Source: a virus
Lineage: Duplodnaviria; Caudoviricetes
Strand: one strand, 5' to 3'
Virus record (IMG/VR): IMGVR_UViG_3300014208_000068
Coordinates: 1-43,916 of that record
Length of the DNA stretch: 43,916 nucleotides
The position numbers and the translations under genes are program-made. Below, in pieces: positions 34,348 through 43,855 of the stretch (positions are counted from its first letter, which is position 1; each line of letters opens with the position of its first letter). The notes beneath the pieces are model-generated. The model had not been told where the DNA came from. It did not search any database and saw only the letters and a program-made list of their open reading frames with translations.

Positions 34348-35237
34348 TCCTCCTTGGCGCCACGACGGTAGCAATCACCCATCGCCCCGGCGGATACGTC
34401 GATGGGGAGTGGGTACAGGGCACCCCGTCTGTCACGAGCGGTTCCCTTTCGGTGCAGGTCCTGACGGCGCGGGAGTTGGAGAAGCTCCCCGAGCTGCAAC
34501 GCACGCGAGCCAGCTTCAAGGCGTATTCCGCGACCGAGTTGCAGACCGTCCAGATGTCCGACCCTCACCAGTGCGACCTCGTTGCCTGGCATGGCCGAAA
34601 CTACGAGGTGCATGGGGTCGAGGATTGGACGGCGCACACGGGCGGGCTCGTCCACTACAAGTATCTCCTGGTCGAGGTCGGGGAGGATGAGTCCCAGTAC
34701 CCCCCGGGTCCCGTTCCTCCTGGCCCCACCCCAGACCTATACGCAACCCAGTCCTGGGTCCTGGCCCAAATAGCCATGCTCAGACCCCACTCGGTCTCCC
34801 TGTACCCCGTTCCCGCGTCCGGCCTGCTGAATGGCGACCCTACGACGGGGAGCATCGACGCGGACGGCGAAGCCACTGGGACCGACGAGGTTGTGTTGCA
34901 CGCCTTCGTTGTCGACTCGGTTGACGTGCAGATCCTCGGCATCCGCACCATACTGCTTTGGGGAACGACGGTGGACGGCGGGACGGGGTCTACTCGATGG
35001 CTCATCAGCACGGGCACGGAGGAGGTCGGAGAAGCCCCCTCGGACGACGCCGAGCCAATCTCCGCGTGGTACCCAGCCCCCACGGTGGCGACGCAGCAGC
35101 ACACGTCTGGGCGCGTTGATGACGACGTTCTGCCCCCTGGCTCTTTCACCCTGCTCCTCTCGGGGAAGGTCGATGCGTTGGGTGCAACGCTCTCCGCGAC
35201 CATCTCGAAGGAACTTTTGCTCAAGGTGACCTTCTGA
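34344..35237 (+). CDS. Head-closure-like protein fused to an extra C-terminal beta domain
   Basis: N-terminal ~115 aa GGYVDGEWV...LEKLPE...DLVAWHGRNYEV..VEDW; Pro linker; extra domain. Confidence 0.72.
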   Translation: MILLGATTVAITHRPGGYVDGEWVQGTPSVTSGSLSVQVLTARELEKLPELQRTRASFKAYSATELQTVQMSDPHQCDLVAWHGRNYEVHGVEDWTAHTGGLVHYKYLLVEVGEDESQYPPGPVPPGPTPDLYATQSWVLAQIAMLRPHSVSLYPVPASGLLNGDPTTGSIDADGEATGTDEVVLHAFVVDSVDVQILGIRTILLWGTTVDGGTGSTRWLISTGTEEVGEAPSDDAEPISAWYPAPTVATQQHTSGRVDDDVLPPGSFTLLLSGKVDALGATLSATISKELLLKVTF

Positions 35238-36310
35238 TGGGTAGCTTCTACGACGACCGCCGACTCGCCAACGCCACCCAGATGGACGTGGCCTACCAGA
35301 CCGTGATGAAGCGCCCAGCCGCGGGCGACGACTACTTCCGCGTGGTCGTGGGGCTCGTGAACGGCAAGGGGGAGATGGAAGCCCCAGACGGCGCGACCAT
35401 CTACGCCCGCCTCCTCAACGAGGACGGCACCGTGTTTCCGGCGATGCTCTTCGCCGCCGACGCAGGGGCCGCGCTTGCCGACTCCGCCGAGGGCGTCTAC
35501 TTCGTTCACGCGGTCCAGGACTGGTACCAGCAGACCGTCGCTCTCGGGACCGGGCGCTATGAGTTCTTCATCAAAGTCGCGAACAACGCCGCAGAGCAAC
35601 AGCTCTCGCTCGAGCTCGGATGGATCGAGAATGGGGTCCCTCGCTACACGGCGCGCAAGATCCTCGTCGGGGACCAGGCCGACCTCGACTCGATGGCCAC
35701 CGCCATCGCCAACCTTGCGACCGAGATCGGGGACTTCCCGACCAGCCTCGCGGTCACCCTCGGGAGTCCGGCCGGGGCAAGCATCGCCGCCGACATCGCA
35801 GCAATCACGGGTGGCGCGGGGCAGGTCACGGTCAAGCGCAAGCTCGTCAACGCGAACACGGTGCTCTCCGCTGACCCAACCTCCACTGCTGTCGCCGTTG
35901 CGCAGACGGGCGACGCCGAGACCTACGAGGTGATGAAGGTCATCCCGCTGGCCCTCGCAGACGGCGCGAGCGCGATCCCCGACAGCATCCACGACATCCA
36001 CCTCAAGTGGAGAAGCCAGGGCGCCGCAGTCGCGGGCACTGGAGCCGGCAAGACGAAGTGGGGCATCTCCGACGCCGCGGAGACTCCGGGATCCGCCCCG
36101 AGCGCCAACTGCATCGACATCTCGGCCGAGGTCAGCGAGACGACCGCGCTCACGGTCCACGAGCTCTCCGGCGACTGCCCGAGCGATGCCATTCCGGCCG
36201 TGGGAACGACCATCAACCTCTGCCTCCTGGGGAAGGTCACGACCGCGACCGACACGATGACCTGCGCCATCTTCGACGAGAGTAGCCTCGAGATCACCTA
36301 CCACGTCTGA
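35237..36310 (+). CDS. Putative virion appendage/structural protein
   Basis: Coupled within the neck operon; C-terminal domain shared with its neighbours. Confidence 0.75.
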   Translation: MGSFYDDRRLANATQMDVAYQTVMKRPAAGDDYFRVVVGLVNGKGEMEAPDGATIYARLLNEDGTVFPAMLFAADAGAALADSAEGVYFVHAVQDWYQQTVALGTGRYEFFIKVANNAAEQQLSLELGWIENGVPRYTARKILVGDQADLDSMATAIANLATEIGDFPTSLAVTLGSPAGASIAADIAAITGGAGQVTVKRKLVNANTVLSADPTSTAVAVAQTGDAETYEVMKVIPLALADGASAIPDSIHDIHLKWRSQGAAVAGTGAGKTKWGISDAAETPGSAPSANCIDISAEVSETTALTVHELSGDCPSDAIPAVGTTINLCLLGKVTTATDTMTCAIFDESSLEITYHV

Positions 36311-36318
36311 GCCACCCT

Positions 36319-37215
36319 GTGAGCGACTCCACCACCAGAGAGATCGAGACCGACATCGGCGACCCCACGGACGCCGCCGTCGAGCCCGGCACTGCGGGGG
36401 GCAAGCTCTTCGCGGGCATCCGATGGCTACGCGACAAGCTGATGTCCGCCCTCGGTACCACTGGCGATGCCTCATCTGCTGACACCGTGCTCGGGCTCAT
36501 CGGGCAGCCGGCGGATGCTGGCGTTACGACCCCGACCGAGGGGAGCCTCTACGCCCGCCTCGCCAAGATCCTGACGTGGATCGGTTCCAGCTCTGACGGT
36601 TCCGTCGTGCCCCCGAACGCCTCAGCATCGATCTTCGCCTTCCTTCATGCCGGATATGACCGCGCCGATGCCGCAGTGACGGCCGCTTCCGCCATTCGAG
36701 CCGCATCCGCCGGTACTGTGACCTATCGACTCATCATCCCGACGGCGGTTGTGTCGACTGACGATCCGGGGATGAGTCCCACTTGGGTCGCGTGCCCCTC
36801 GGTCATTACGGGAACGACCTACAAAAATGCCCAGGTGTGGTACCTGGAGGAGATGTTTGCTGTCCCCGCGAATGCATACGTCAAGAGCTTCAAGATCCAC
36901 CTTCACTGGCGTGCCAGCATTGGCGGCACCGGAAGCTCGGCAACGGTGAAGTGGACCTGCACAAACCAGAGCAACACGAACGGCGGAACGACGACGGACG
37001 GCTACGACATCACGGACGAGCAGGTGCAGTGGCCGAAAAAGGGTGCCGTCGAGTTCCCTCATCGCGAAGGTCAGCCCGTGCTCAACGATGCTGGAAGCGG
37101 ATCTTCGCGGATGAGGTTGTGCTGCGCCGTGAAGAGCGACACGGCCGGGGGAACCTGCACTGTCGAAATCTGCGATGACTCCTATGTCGAAATCACCTGG
37201 GCATCGAGGCCATGA
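36319..37215 (+). CDS. Putative neck fibre-like structural protein
   Basis: Repeated IG.P.DA.....GSL.A units; C-terminal domain shared with its neighbours. Confidence 0.72.
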   Translation: MSDSTTREIETDIGDPTDAAVEPGTAGGKLFAGIRWLRDKLMSALGTTGDASSADTVLGLIGQPADAGVTTPTEGSLYARLAKILTWIGSSSDGSVVPPNASASIFAFLHAGYDRADAAVTAASAIRAASAGTVTYRLIIPTAVVSTDDPGMSPTWVACPSVITGTTYKNAQVWYLEEMFAVPANAYVKSFKIHLHWRASIGGTGSSATVKWTCTNQSNTNGGTTTDGYDITDEQVQWPKKGAVEFPHREGQPVLNDAGSGSSRMRLCCAVKSDTAGGTCTVEICDDSYVEITWASRP

Positions 37216-37655
37216 TGATCCGCCCCGCGACAGCATCCGACTACCCCTCCTGCTCGGCAATCTGGGCCGCATGCTGGGCTGATGGGCATCCGTGGTATCC
37301 GGGCTCCCTTGAAGGTGACCGCGTCCTCGTGGCCGAGCTCGACGGCGAGATCGTTGGGTTTGCCGAGTCTCTCCCCCACCCGGCCGAGCGCCTCCATGGG
37401 TGGCTCCGCTGCCTCTACGTTTCCCCCGCCCACCAGCGAGAGGGAGTCGGGAAGGCCCTTTTGAGGGACGCTGAGGCCGATTTGCGGGCGAGGGGCTATT
37501 CCAGGGTGGTTCTATGGTGCCTCGGGTCCGACGCGCGTGCCAGGGCATTCTACGCGGCCCTCGGGTATGCCCCCACGGGGACGAGCCAGCGGGAGATGAT
37601 CCGGGGCAAGGTCGAGTCCTTGCTCTGCCACGCGAGGGACATCGACCGTGGCTAG
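37212..37655 (+). CDS. GNAT-family acetyltransferase
   Basis: IRPATASD...LVAELDGEIVGFA...LYVSPAHQREGVGKALL...ARAFYAALGY. Confidence 0.92.
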   Translation: MMIRPATASDYPSCSAIWAACWADGHPWYPGSLEGDRVLVAELDGEIVGFAESLPHPAERLHGWLRCLYVSPAHQREGVGKALLRDAEADLRARGYSRVVLWCLGSDARARAFYAALGYAPTGTSQREMIRGKVESLLCHARDIDRG

Positions 37656-38148
37656 AACGGCCGTCGAAATCGCCTGTCAGGCATGGGTTGCGGCCGCGGT
37701 GCCCCTCATCCCGGTCATCTTCGCCAATCAGGCAAGCCCGCGTCCCGCCCGTCCCTACATCACCGTTGCGGTCACGACCGACAAGGCCCTCTCCGCGACC
37801 CCGCACATCGTGACGACGACGACCCCGAGCGGGGATGGCAGGCATTTCGACCAAGAGCGCTCCTGGTCCCGTCGCGGAACGGTGCGGCTCGAGTTCTACG
37901 GAACGCCAGCCTCGGCCCGCTCCGTCGAGTACTCGTTTCAGGATGACGCCATCATCGCCCTTCTCGACGCTTCCGGGCTCACGGTCGGAAGGGTGCTCTC
38001 GTCCGTTGATGAGTCCGTGGTTCGGGACACGTCATGGGAAGGGCGCGTCGTCGTTGACTTTCAGATCAGTTACCGAGACACCGTCGTTGCTCCGGTCGAC
38101 ACCATCGACACCTGCGACAACGACCTCACGTTTGAGGATCCAACATGA
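37648..38148 (+). CDS. Tail terminator/neck protein
   Basis: VIFANQASPRPARPYITV; immediately before the sheath gene. Confidence 0.75.
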   Translation: MARTAVEIACQAWVAAAVPLIPVIFANQASPRPARPYITVAVTTDKALSATPHIVTTTTPSGDGRHFDQERSWSRRGTVRLEFYGTPASARSVEYSFQDDAIIALLDASGLTVGRVLSSVDESVVRDTSWEGRVVVDFQISYRDTVVAPVDTIDTCDNDLTFEDPT

Positions 38149-39491
38149 GCTTCGATGGCAACGTCACAGTCAACATCTTCGGTGCCGCCCAGGCCGTGCC
38201 GAAACAGAACTTCGGCCTCATCGGAGCCCTCTCGAGCGATGTTGGCGCGGGCTTCACGGAGCGTTTCCGGCTGTACCTGAACTCCAAGGAGGTCGACGAC
38301 GACAGCGATGTCAACTCCGACCTGGCCACCTACGTGAAGAACATCTTCGCGCAGAACCAGAATCCGGGGCAGGTAGCCATTCTGCGGGCCGATCCGAGCG
38401 AGGCTCAGGTTGAGAAGTGGACCATCGGCGGAGTCATCGCCAACTTGGACACCTTTACGATCACCGTCAACAGCATCCCCGTGACGGATACCGCCACCGT
38501 CCCCGCCGACGATGCGGCCGCCGTCGCCCTCTCCCTGCGCACCCTGCTCACCGCGGCACTTGCCGCCGAGCCGGTTGTCGTGTCAGGGGCTGGAGTTGAG
38601 GTCATCGTCACCGCGACCCATCCCGGGGAGGCGTTCACGTTCTCCTCGTCGAAGGTCTCCGTTGCCGGAACCATCACGGAGAGCACCACGAATGCCAATG
38701 TCACCCTGGCGGATTCGCTCTCGGCCATCAAGGTCGAGAACGATACGTGGTATGGGCTCGTGACCGACAGTCGCGATCCGTGGGAGCTGCTCGCCATCGC
38801 AGCTTGGGTTGAGACCGACGACTCCAAGTTCTTCGCGTGCCAGACCGACGAGGCCGGGATTCTCACGGCGGCCGCCGGAAACATGTTCGCCGCGATGTTC
38901 GCCTTGGCCTACTCCCGCACCATGCCCATCTACCACCCGACCGACACGGAGACGGTTGACCTCGCGTGGCTCGGATTCAAGCTCGCCAAGGACCCGGACA
39001 CGGGCCCGACCCAATGGAGCGGCGCAACCCTCGTGGGATGCACGATTGCGACGTTGACCGCGACGCAGCAGACCAACCTGCTCGCCAAGAGCGGCAATGC
39101 GTACCTCTCCGAGATGAGCCTCGGGAGTGCGGGCCCTGGAACCCTCGTGGACACGCGCTACGCCGATACCCTCGTCACGAAAGATTGGTTCAAGGCCCGC
39201 ATCCGAGAGGGGGCCACGCAGCTCCGTCTCAACCTGAGCAACCTCAACCGCAAGGCGGGGTTCAATGACACCGGCGTGGCGATGTACGCGGCGGTCTTGG
39301 AGGAGTGGATCAAGCGCGGGGAGGATGTCGAGCACTTCGAAAAGGGCGCGTCGACAATCACGGTCCCGAAGGCTTCGTCCTTCTCGGACTCGGATCGGTT
39401 GGCTCGGAAAATCACCATCCCGGCCGATGTCGCCCTGCTCGGTGGTATCGAGAAAGTCACATACAACCTGGCCGTGCTCGACGTTGCGTGA
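38145..39491 (+). CDS. Tail sheath protein (DUF3383-like)
   Basis: QNFG, IFAQNQNP, WYGLV...IAAWVE, DWFKARIRE, DRLARK...GGIEKV. Confidence 0.85.
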   Translation: MSFDGNVTVNIFGAAQAVPKQNFGLIGALSSDVGAGFTERFRLYLNSKEVDDDSDVNSDLATYVKNIFAQNQNPGQVAILRADPSEAQVEKWTIGGVIANLDTFTITVNSIPVTDTATVPADDAAAVALSLRTLLTAALAAEPVVVSGAGVEVIVTATHPGEAFTFSSSKVSVAGTITESTTNANVTLADSLSAIKVENDTWYGLVTDSRDPWELLAIAAWVETDDSKFFACQTDEAGILTAAAGNMFAAMFALAYSRTMPIYHPTDTETVDLAWLGFKLAKDPDTGPTQWSGATLVGCTIATLTATQQTNLLAKSGNAYLSEMSLGSAGPGTLVDTRYADTLVTKDWFKARIREGATQLRLNLSNLNRKAGFNDTGVAMYAAVLEEWIKRGEDVEHFEKGASTITVPKASSFSDSDRLARKITIPADVALLGGIEKVTYNLAVLDVA

Positions 39492-39564
39492 CCTTGACGG
39501 GCCTTCGGGCCCGTAGCCACTTCCCCTCTCTTGCTCCCCTTCTCCAACACGGAGACTCAAGAAA

Positions 39565-39990
39565 ATGCAGCGCGAATACGACATCAACAACGTGGCGGTC
39601 ATCCTCGGTGGCGTTCCCATCACCGAGTTTGTTGACGGCGATTCCATCAAGATCAGCTTCGATGAGGTCGACTGGTCCGTTTCCCAGGGCTCCCACGGGA
39701 GTACCATCAGAACCCGCAAGCACAACAACGTCGGGACTTGCGTGCTCCAGATCGTGCAGGGTTCCCCGACCCTCGACTATCTGAGCCTCAAGGCCCTCTT
39801 CGACAGGTTGACCGGGCTCGGCAAGTTCTCGTTCCTCGCTCGGGACATGCGAGGGCTGTCGAAAGCGTTCGCCCCCGATGCCTTCTTCGAGAAGGTTGCG
39901 GACATGTCCTTCGGCACCGAGGCATCCGGCCGCGAGTGGACGATCAAGCTCGTCGGGCTCGAAATCACCCACGGGCAAAACCTGCCCTGA
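39565..39990 (+). CDS. Tail tube protein (DUF3277-like)
   Basis: YDINNVAVILGGVPITEF...LQIVQGSP...REWTI; follows the sheath gene. Confidence 0.85.
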   Translation: MQREYDINNVAVILGGVPITEFVDGDSIKISFDEVDWSVSQGSHGSTIRTRKHNNVGTCVLQIVQGSPTLDYLSLKALFDRLTGLGKFSFLARDMRGLSKAFAPDAFFEKVADMSFGTEASGREWTIKLVGLEITHGQNLP

Positions 39991-40013
39991 CCCAACAACC
40001 ATCACGAATCCAC

Positions 40014-40038
40014 AAACCCGGCAACTGTCCGGGTTTTT
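40014..40038 (+). terminator. Intrinsic terminator after the tail tube gene
   Basis: AAACCCGG-N7-CCGGGTTT followed by TT. Confidence 0.65.
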
Positions 40039-40053
40039 CGGTAAGTTGAACCC

Positions 40054-40572
40054 ATGAAACACGACGCCATCGAGACGACCATCAACGGCCACCAGTACCG
40101 CAACGAGCCCTTCGGCTTCGACGCCGGGCAAGCCATCATGCTCGAGTTGGCGGACGTGGTTCTTTCCTCGCTGGGCAAGGCCGGGGCGCTCATCGACTTC
40201 GACTTCGACTTGTCGGCGCTGTCGAGCCTGGAGACCCTGGCATCCCTCAACTGGGGCGCGCTCGGGCAGGGCATCGGATCCATCCCGCAGGCGATCATGG
40301 CTCGCGGCGGGCCGGTCCTCGTGGGGCGCTTGCTCGCCAAGACCCGCCGATGCTTCCCGGCCGGGGAGAAGGAATCGTGGGAGCTGCTCTCGACGCCGAT
40401 GGTTCGGGACCAAGCCTTCGACTCCTACCTCGAGGGATTCGATGTCGTCTCGTGGGTTGTGAGGGAGAACTTCGGCCCTTTTTTACTGGAGCTTATCGCT
40501 CGATTGCCCAAGCCTGCGCCGAAGCCCACCGAATCAGCGAATCCGGAAGGGACAAGTCCGCCGAGTCCTTGA
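40054..40572 (+). CDS. Tail assembly chaperone (gpG-like)
   Basis: Lies between tube and TMP; contains ENFGPF at a slippery site. Confidence 0.82.
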   Translation: MKHDAIETTINGHQYRNEPFGFDAGQAIMLELADVVLSSLGKAGALIDFDFDLSALSSLETLASLNWGALGQGIGSIPQAIMARGGPVLVGRLLAKTRRCFPAGEKESWELLSTPMVRDQAFDSYLEGFDVVSWVVRENFGPFLLELIARLPKPAPKPTESANPEGTSPPSP

Positions 40573-40769
40573 AGGCGGAAGCCAAACGAAAGCGCATCAT
40601 TGAGACCCTGGCGAAGGGACTCGCTGTGGACAAGCGGTGGCGCGGATGGGAGTTCTGGAAGGTGACGACCCACGGACATCGCGACCCCATCGACGTTGCC
40701 GAGAACTGGACGATCTGCGACGTGCTCGATGAGTACTACGCGCTGCAGATCAAGGGGCTGGTGCAATAA
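40476..40769 (+). CDS. -1 frameshift extension of the tail chaperone (gpGT-like)
   Basis: C CCT TTT TTA (40476-40485); the -1 frame is open to TAA 40769, which overlaps the TMP ATG. Confidence 0.8.
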   Translation, partial: PFFTGAYRSIAQACAEAHRISESGRDKSAESLKAEAKRKRIIETLAKGLAVDKRWRGWEFWKVTTHGHRDPIDVAENWTICDVLDEYYALQIKGLVQ

Positions 40770-42922
40770 TGGCCGCTGGCGTCACCATCCGAAACATCTT
40801 GACTCGCTTCGGCTTCACGTCTGACGGCGCCGCCCTTGGAAGGATCGCGTCCAACGTCGATGCAGTGAAGGCCAGGGCGGCCGCTGCAAGCACTACGGTC
40901 GGCGGGCTCGGGGCAAGCATCAAGGGGATGCTGGTCTCATACCTAGGGCTCGGGGCAATCCAAGGGGCGCTCGGCGGACTCATCTCCGCCAACAGCCAGT
41001 TCGGCTACCTCAACGCCCGTCTCGAGACGGTGACAGGTTCCAGCGAGAAAGCGAAGAAGGCGATGGATTGGATCGCCAAGTTCGCCGCCGAGACCCCGTT
41101 CGAGTTGCAGCAGGTCGGCAACGCCTTCGCCATCCTGAGCGAAAAGAGCCTCGACACGACCGATGCCACGATGCGGGCGTTGGGTGACCTCGCGGCCGGG
41201 ACCGGAAAGGCTGACGTGTCCCTGGAGACCGTTGCCGAGGGCATCGGCGAAGCTGCCATGGGGCAGACCATGCGCCTCTCCCGCGCGACCGGCATGGATT
41301 GGTCGGCGCTCGGCGGGAAGCTCGTCGTGATGGGGCTCGACAAGCAGAAGGTCTCCATCGAGAAGAACGCGGAGGCGATCCAGAAGTACCTCGTCACGCA
41401 AGGCCAGCTACCCCTCCGGGCGGGGATGATGGCGAAGATGAGTAAGACCCTCGGCGGGTCGCTGTCCAATCTGAAAGACAGCGTGTGGCAAGTCACGGTA
41501 GCGCTTGGAAATGCCGGGCTCACCGGGATAATCCAGAGGATGGCACTGTGGCTCGCGTCGGCGGCGGGGCGAATCAAGGCGTTCGTCGACGATGAAGACA
41601 AGATGCGTAAGGTCTCGAAGGTCGCCCGCAAGGTGGCTCTGGGGCTTGGCGTTGCGGTGTCTCTTATCGCTGGGCGCGCGGCATTGGATGGGCTCGGGTA
41701 GCTCAGGCTCGCCATCAACGGCGTTGGGAAGGCGGGCCTTCTCGCGAATCTGAAGCTCATGCTTCCTGTTGTGGCAATCGGTCTTCTCCTCCTCGGGATT
41801 GAAGACCTGATCGGATTCACGCAGGGGGAGGACAGCATCTTCGGGCGCATGCTCGACGCCAACGGAATCGACCCAGAACCAATCAAAAAGAGCCTGCGGA
41901 AGATTGGAGTCGAGGCCGAGAAACTGTGGGAGAAGATCAAGGAGGGCGGGAAGGTCATCCTTGAAGCCCTCAATATCGAGACCCCGGAAGGGTTTGCGGA
42001 AGCTATCGCGGGAATCGTAGTTGCGGTGTCCGAGACGACAGCCACGATCATCACGAAGTTTCAGGAGGCTGGCGAAGCTATTGGGGTTGCGGCCGCCAAG
42101 ACCTATCTCGCGTGGGAGTCGGCGACGGAAGATGCGGCTGATGCCTCTGGTGAGGCCGGGATGCGGTCCGCGTTGGAGTCGGAGTCATGGTTGGATTACG
42201 TGGTGCGGTCAGCCCGGGCGACGTGGGCCAACATCACCGGGATTTTCTCGGCCGGGTTCTCGTGGATTGCCGCCGGATGGAGCTGGGCCCTCGGTGGGAC
42301 GGTCTGGGAGGATCTGAAGGGTGCCGCGTGGGGCGCTGTTGTTTGGGTTGCGGACATCTTCCTGGCGGCCGGGCAGAAGATCATCGACGCATTCACGTGG
42401 GCATGGGACACGACGGCCTTCGTGTTCTGGAAGGTTGTCGGTGGCTTGTCCGATGCCGTCGTTGGCGTCTTCACGGGGGCGATTGACCTGATTCTGGCTG
42501 GGGTCGAGAAGGGCATCAACGGCATCGCCGAAATCCTGAACGTTCTCCCGGACAACCTCCTTGACAAGATGGGGATTCGCGACTTCGCCAACAACGGAAT
42601 CACCATCGACAGGATTGGAGGCTCGGAGCCATCGGCGTCGAGCAACGCAGTGGCGCCAACGAGGCCGGCGGGATTCGGGGCGATGCCTCAGTTTGTCCCG
42701 AAGGGGCTTGCCACCACTCCCGCGTTCGCTGCGGCTGGTCCAGGAAAGGGCGGAGGAGTGAGGACGCTGAACGCCCAGAGGACGAACAACATCAGCGTCA
42801 CCGTGCCGGGAGTTGTCACGACGGATCCCGTCGAGCTTGCGAACCGCATCGCCGTCGCGGTCAAGGTCGCCCTGGCTGAGGAAATGGCTTCGACGCTCGC
42901 TGACTATGTGGAGCTTGCATGA
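40769..42922 (+). CDS. Tape measure protein, interrupted by one in-frame TAG at 41699-41701
   Basis: LETVTGS..KAKKAMDWIAKFAAETPFEL, SKTLGGSLSNLKD, Trp-periodic repeats; ORFs 40769-41701 and 41759-42922 are in frame (GLG*LRLAINGVGKAGLL). Confidence 0.88.
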
Positions 42923-43485
42923 GCATCTTCCTCCTCCCGTTTGCCAGCTTCGACTTCGCCTCCCCCGCGTTCCAGTTCGATTGCGAGCTATCCGAGGGAA
43001 GGAAGCTCTCGGTCGATTGGACGAAGTACCCCATCGAGCTCGGGGCGAATGTCTCGGACTTCGGGACCTTCAACCCCGTCGAATACACGGTGTCAGGCAA
43101 ATGCACCGCGACCCCGCTTGATGCGCTTGACGAGAGCTTCACCCGCCTCAGTGACATCTCCGCCATGCTGCGCTTGCTCGCGGAGGCGAAGCAACCACTT
43201 ACCCTCGTCACGGCCACGTGGATAGAGGACGCCGTGATTGCTGGCGTTGACGAGAAGCGGGACACGGACACGGGGGAAGCGGTCGCCATTGAAATGAAGC
43301 TACAGACCATCTTCCAGCCCGTCCCCCTCACCGTGGCCATTCCCCCTGAGCTGCTCCGGGTCGACGTGAAGGCCGATGCAGCGAAGGCGGCGGACGCGGG
43401 TGGAGGGGCGGCGGACGTTGCGGCGACAGCGGAGCAGGAATCCACGGCGGCCCTGAAACTGGCGCAGTTGGCGGGGGTGATGTGA
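42919..43485 (+). CDS. Baseplate/tail-tube initiator (Dit-like)
   Basis: WTKYPIELGANVSD...NP; directly after the TMP gene. Confidence 0.75.
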   Translation: MSIFLLPFASFDFASPAFQFDCELSEGRKLSVDWTKYPIELGANVSDFGTFNPVEYTVSGKCTATPLDALDESFTRLSDISAMLRLLAEAKQPLTLVTATWIEDAVIAGVDEKRDTDTGEAVAIEMKLQTIFQPVPLTVAIPPELLRVDVKADAAKAADAGGGAADVAATAEQESTAALKLAQLAGVM

Positions 43486-43853
43486 TGCGATGGCTTCAAC
43501 CCTACGAGCCCGCCGCAACCGTGGCGACCTACGACTACAGTATCCCCCTCGGGTCGCAGACCTTCCGCCTGCGCCTGCGATGGGACGAGCGCTCGGCGGG
43601 CTGGTACCTCTCGATCTCGACGGCGGCTGACGTGCTTCTCCGCGATGGGATTCGCCTCGTTGTCGACTTCCCACTGCTGCTGCAACTCAAGCACGATGAC
43701 CGCCCGGACGGCGAGCTGTTCCTCTTCGACACCGAGGACACGGGGGCAGAGTGCGGGGCCGATGAGTTGGGATGGCGATGCAAGCTCGCCTTCGTCCCGA
43801 GCGACGAGTTCCCTGTCTCGACCGTGGCGGACTACGGGGTGACAATCTCGTGA
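43482..43853 (+). CDS. Small baseplate protein
   Basis: SIPLGSQTFRLRLRWDERSAGWYLSI...GIRLVVDFPLL is typical of myophage baseplate modules. Confidence 0.75.
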   Translation: MMRWLQPYEPAATVATYDYSIPLGSQTFRLRLRWDERSAGWYLSISTAADVLLRDGIRLVVDFPLLLQLKHDDRPDGELFLFDTEDTGAECGADELGWRCKLAFVPSDEFPVSTVADYGVTIS

Positions 43854-43855
43854 CA

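Noticed and set aside
39497-39514. Terminator between sheath and tube (ACGGGCC-TTCG-GGCCCGT)
   Set aside because: The UUCG hairpin is real but lacks a U-tract; more likely an mRNA stability or processing element.
253-42922. Genome-wide TAG reassignment (alternative genetic code)
   Set aside because: Several genes end convincingly at TAG, for example the SSB-like DPNIPF tail at 6811 and coupled junctions at 2914, 3146 and 37653.
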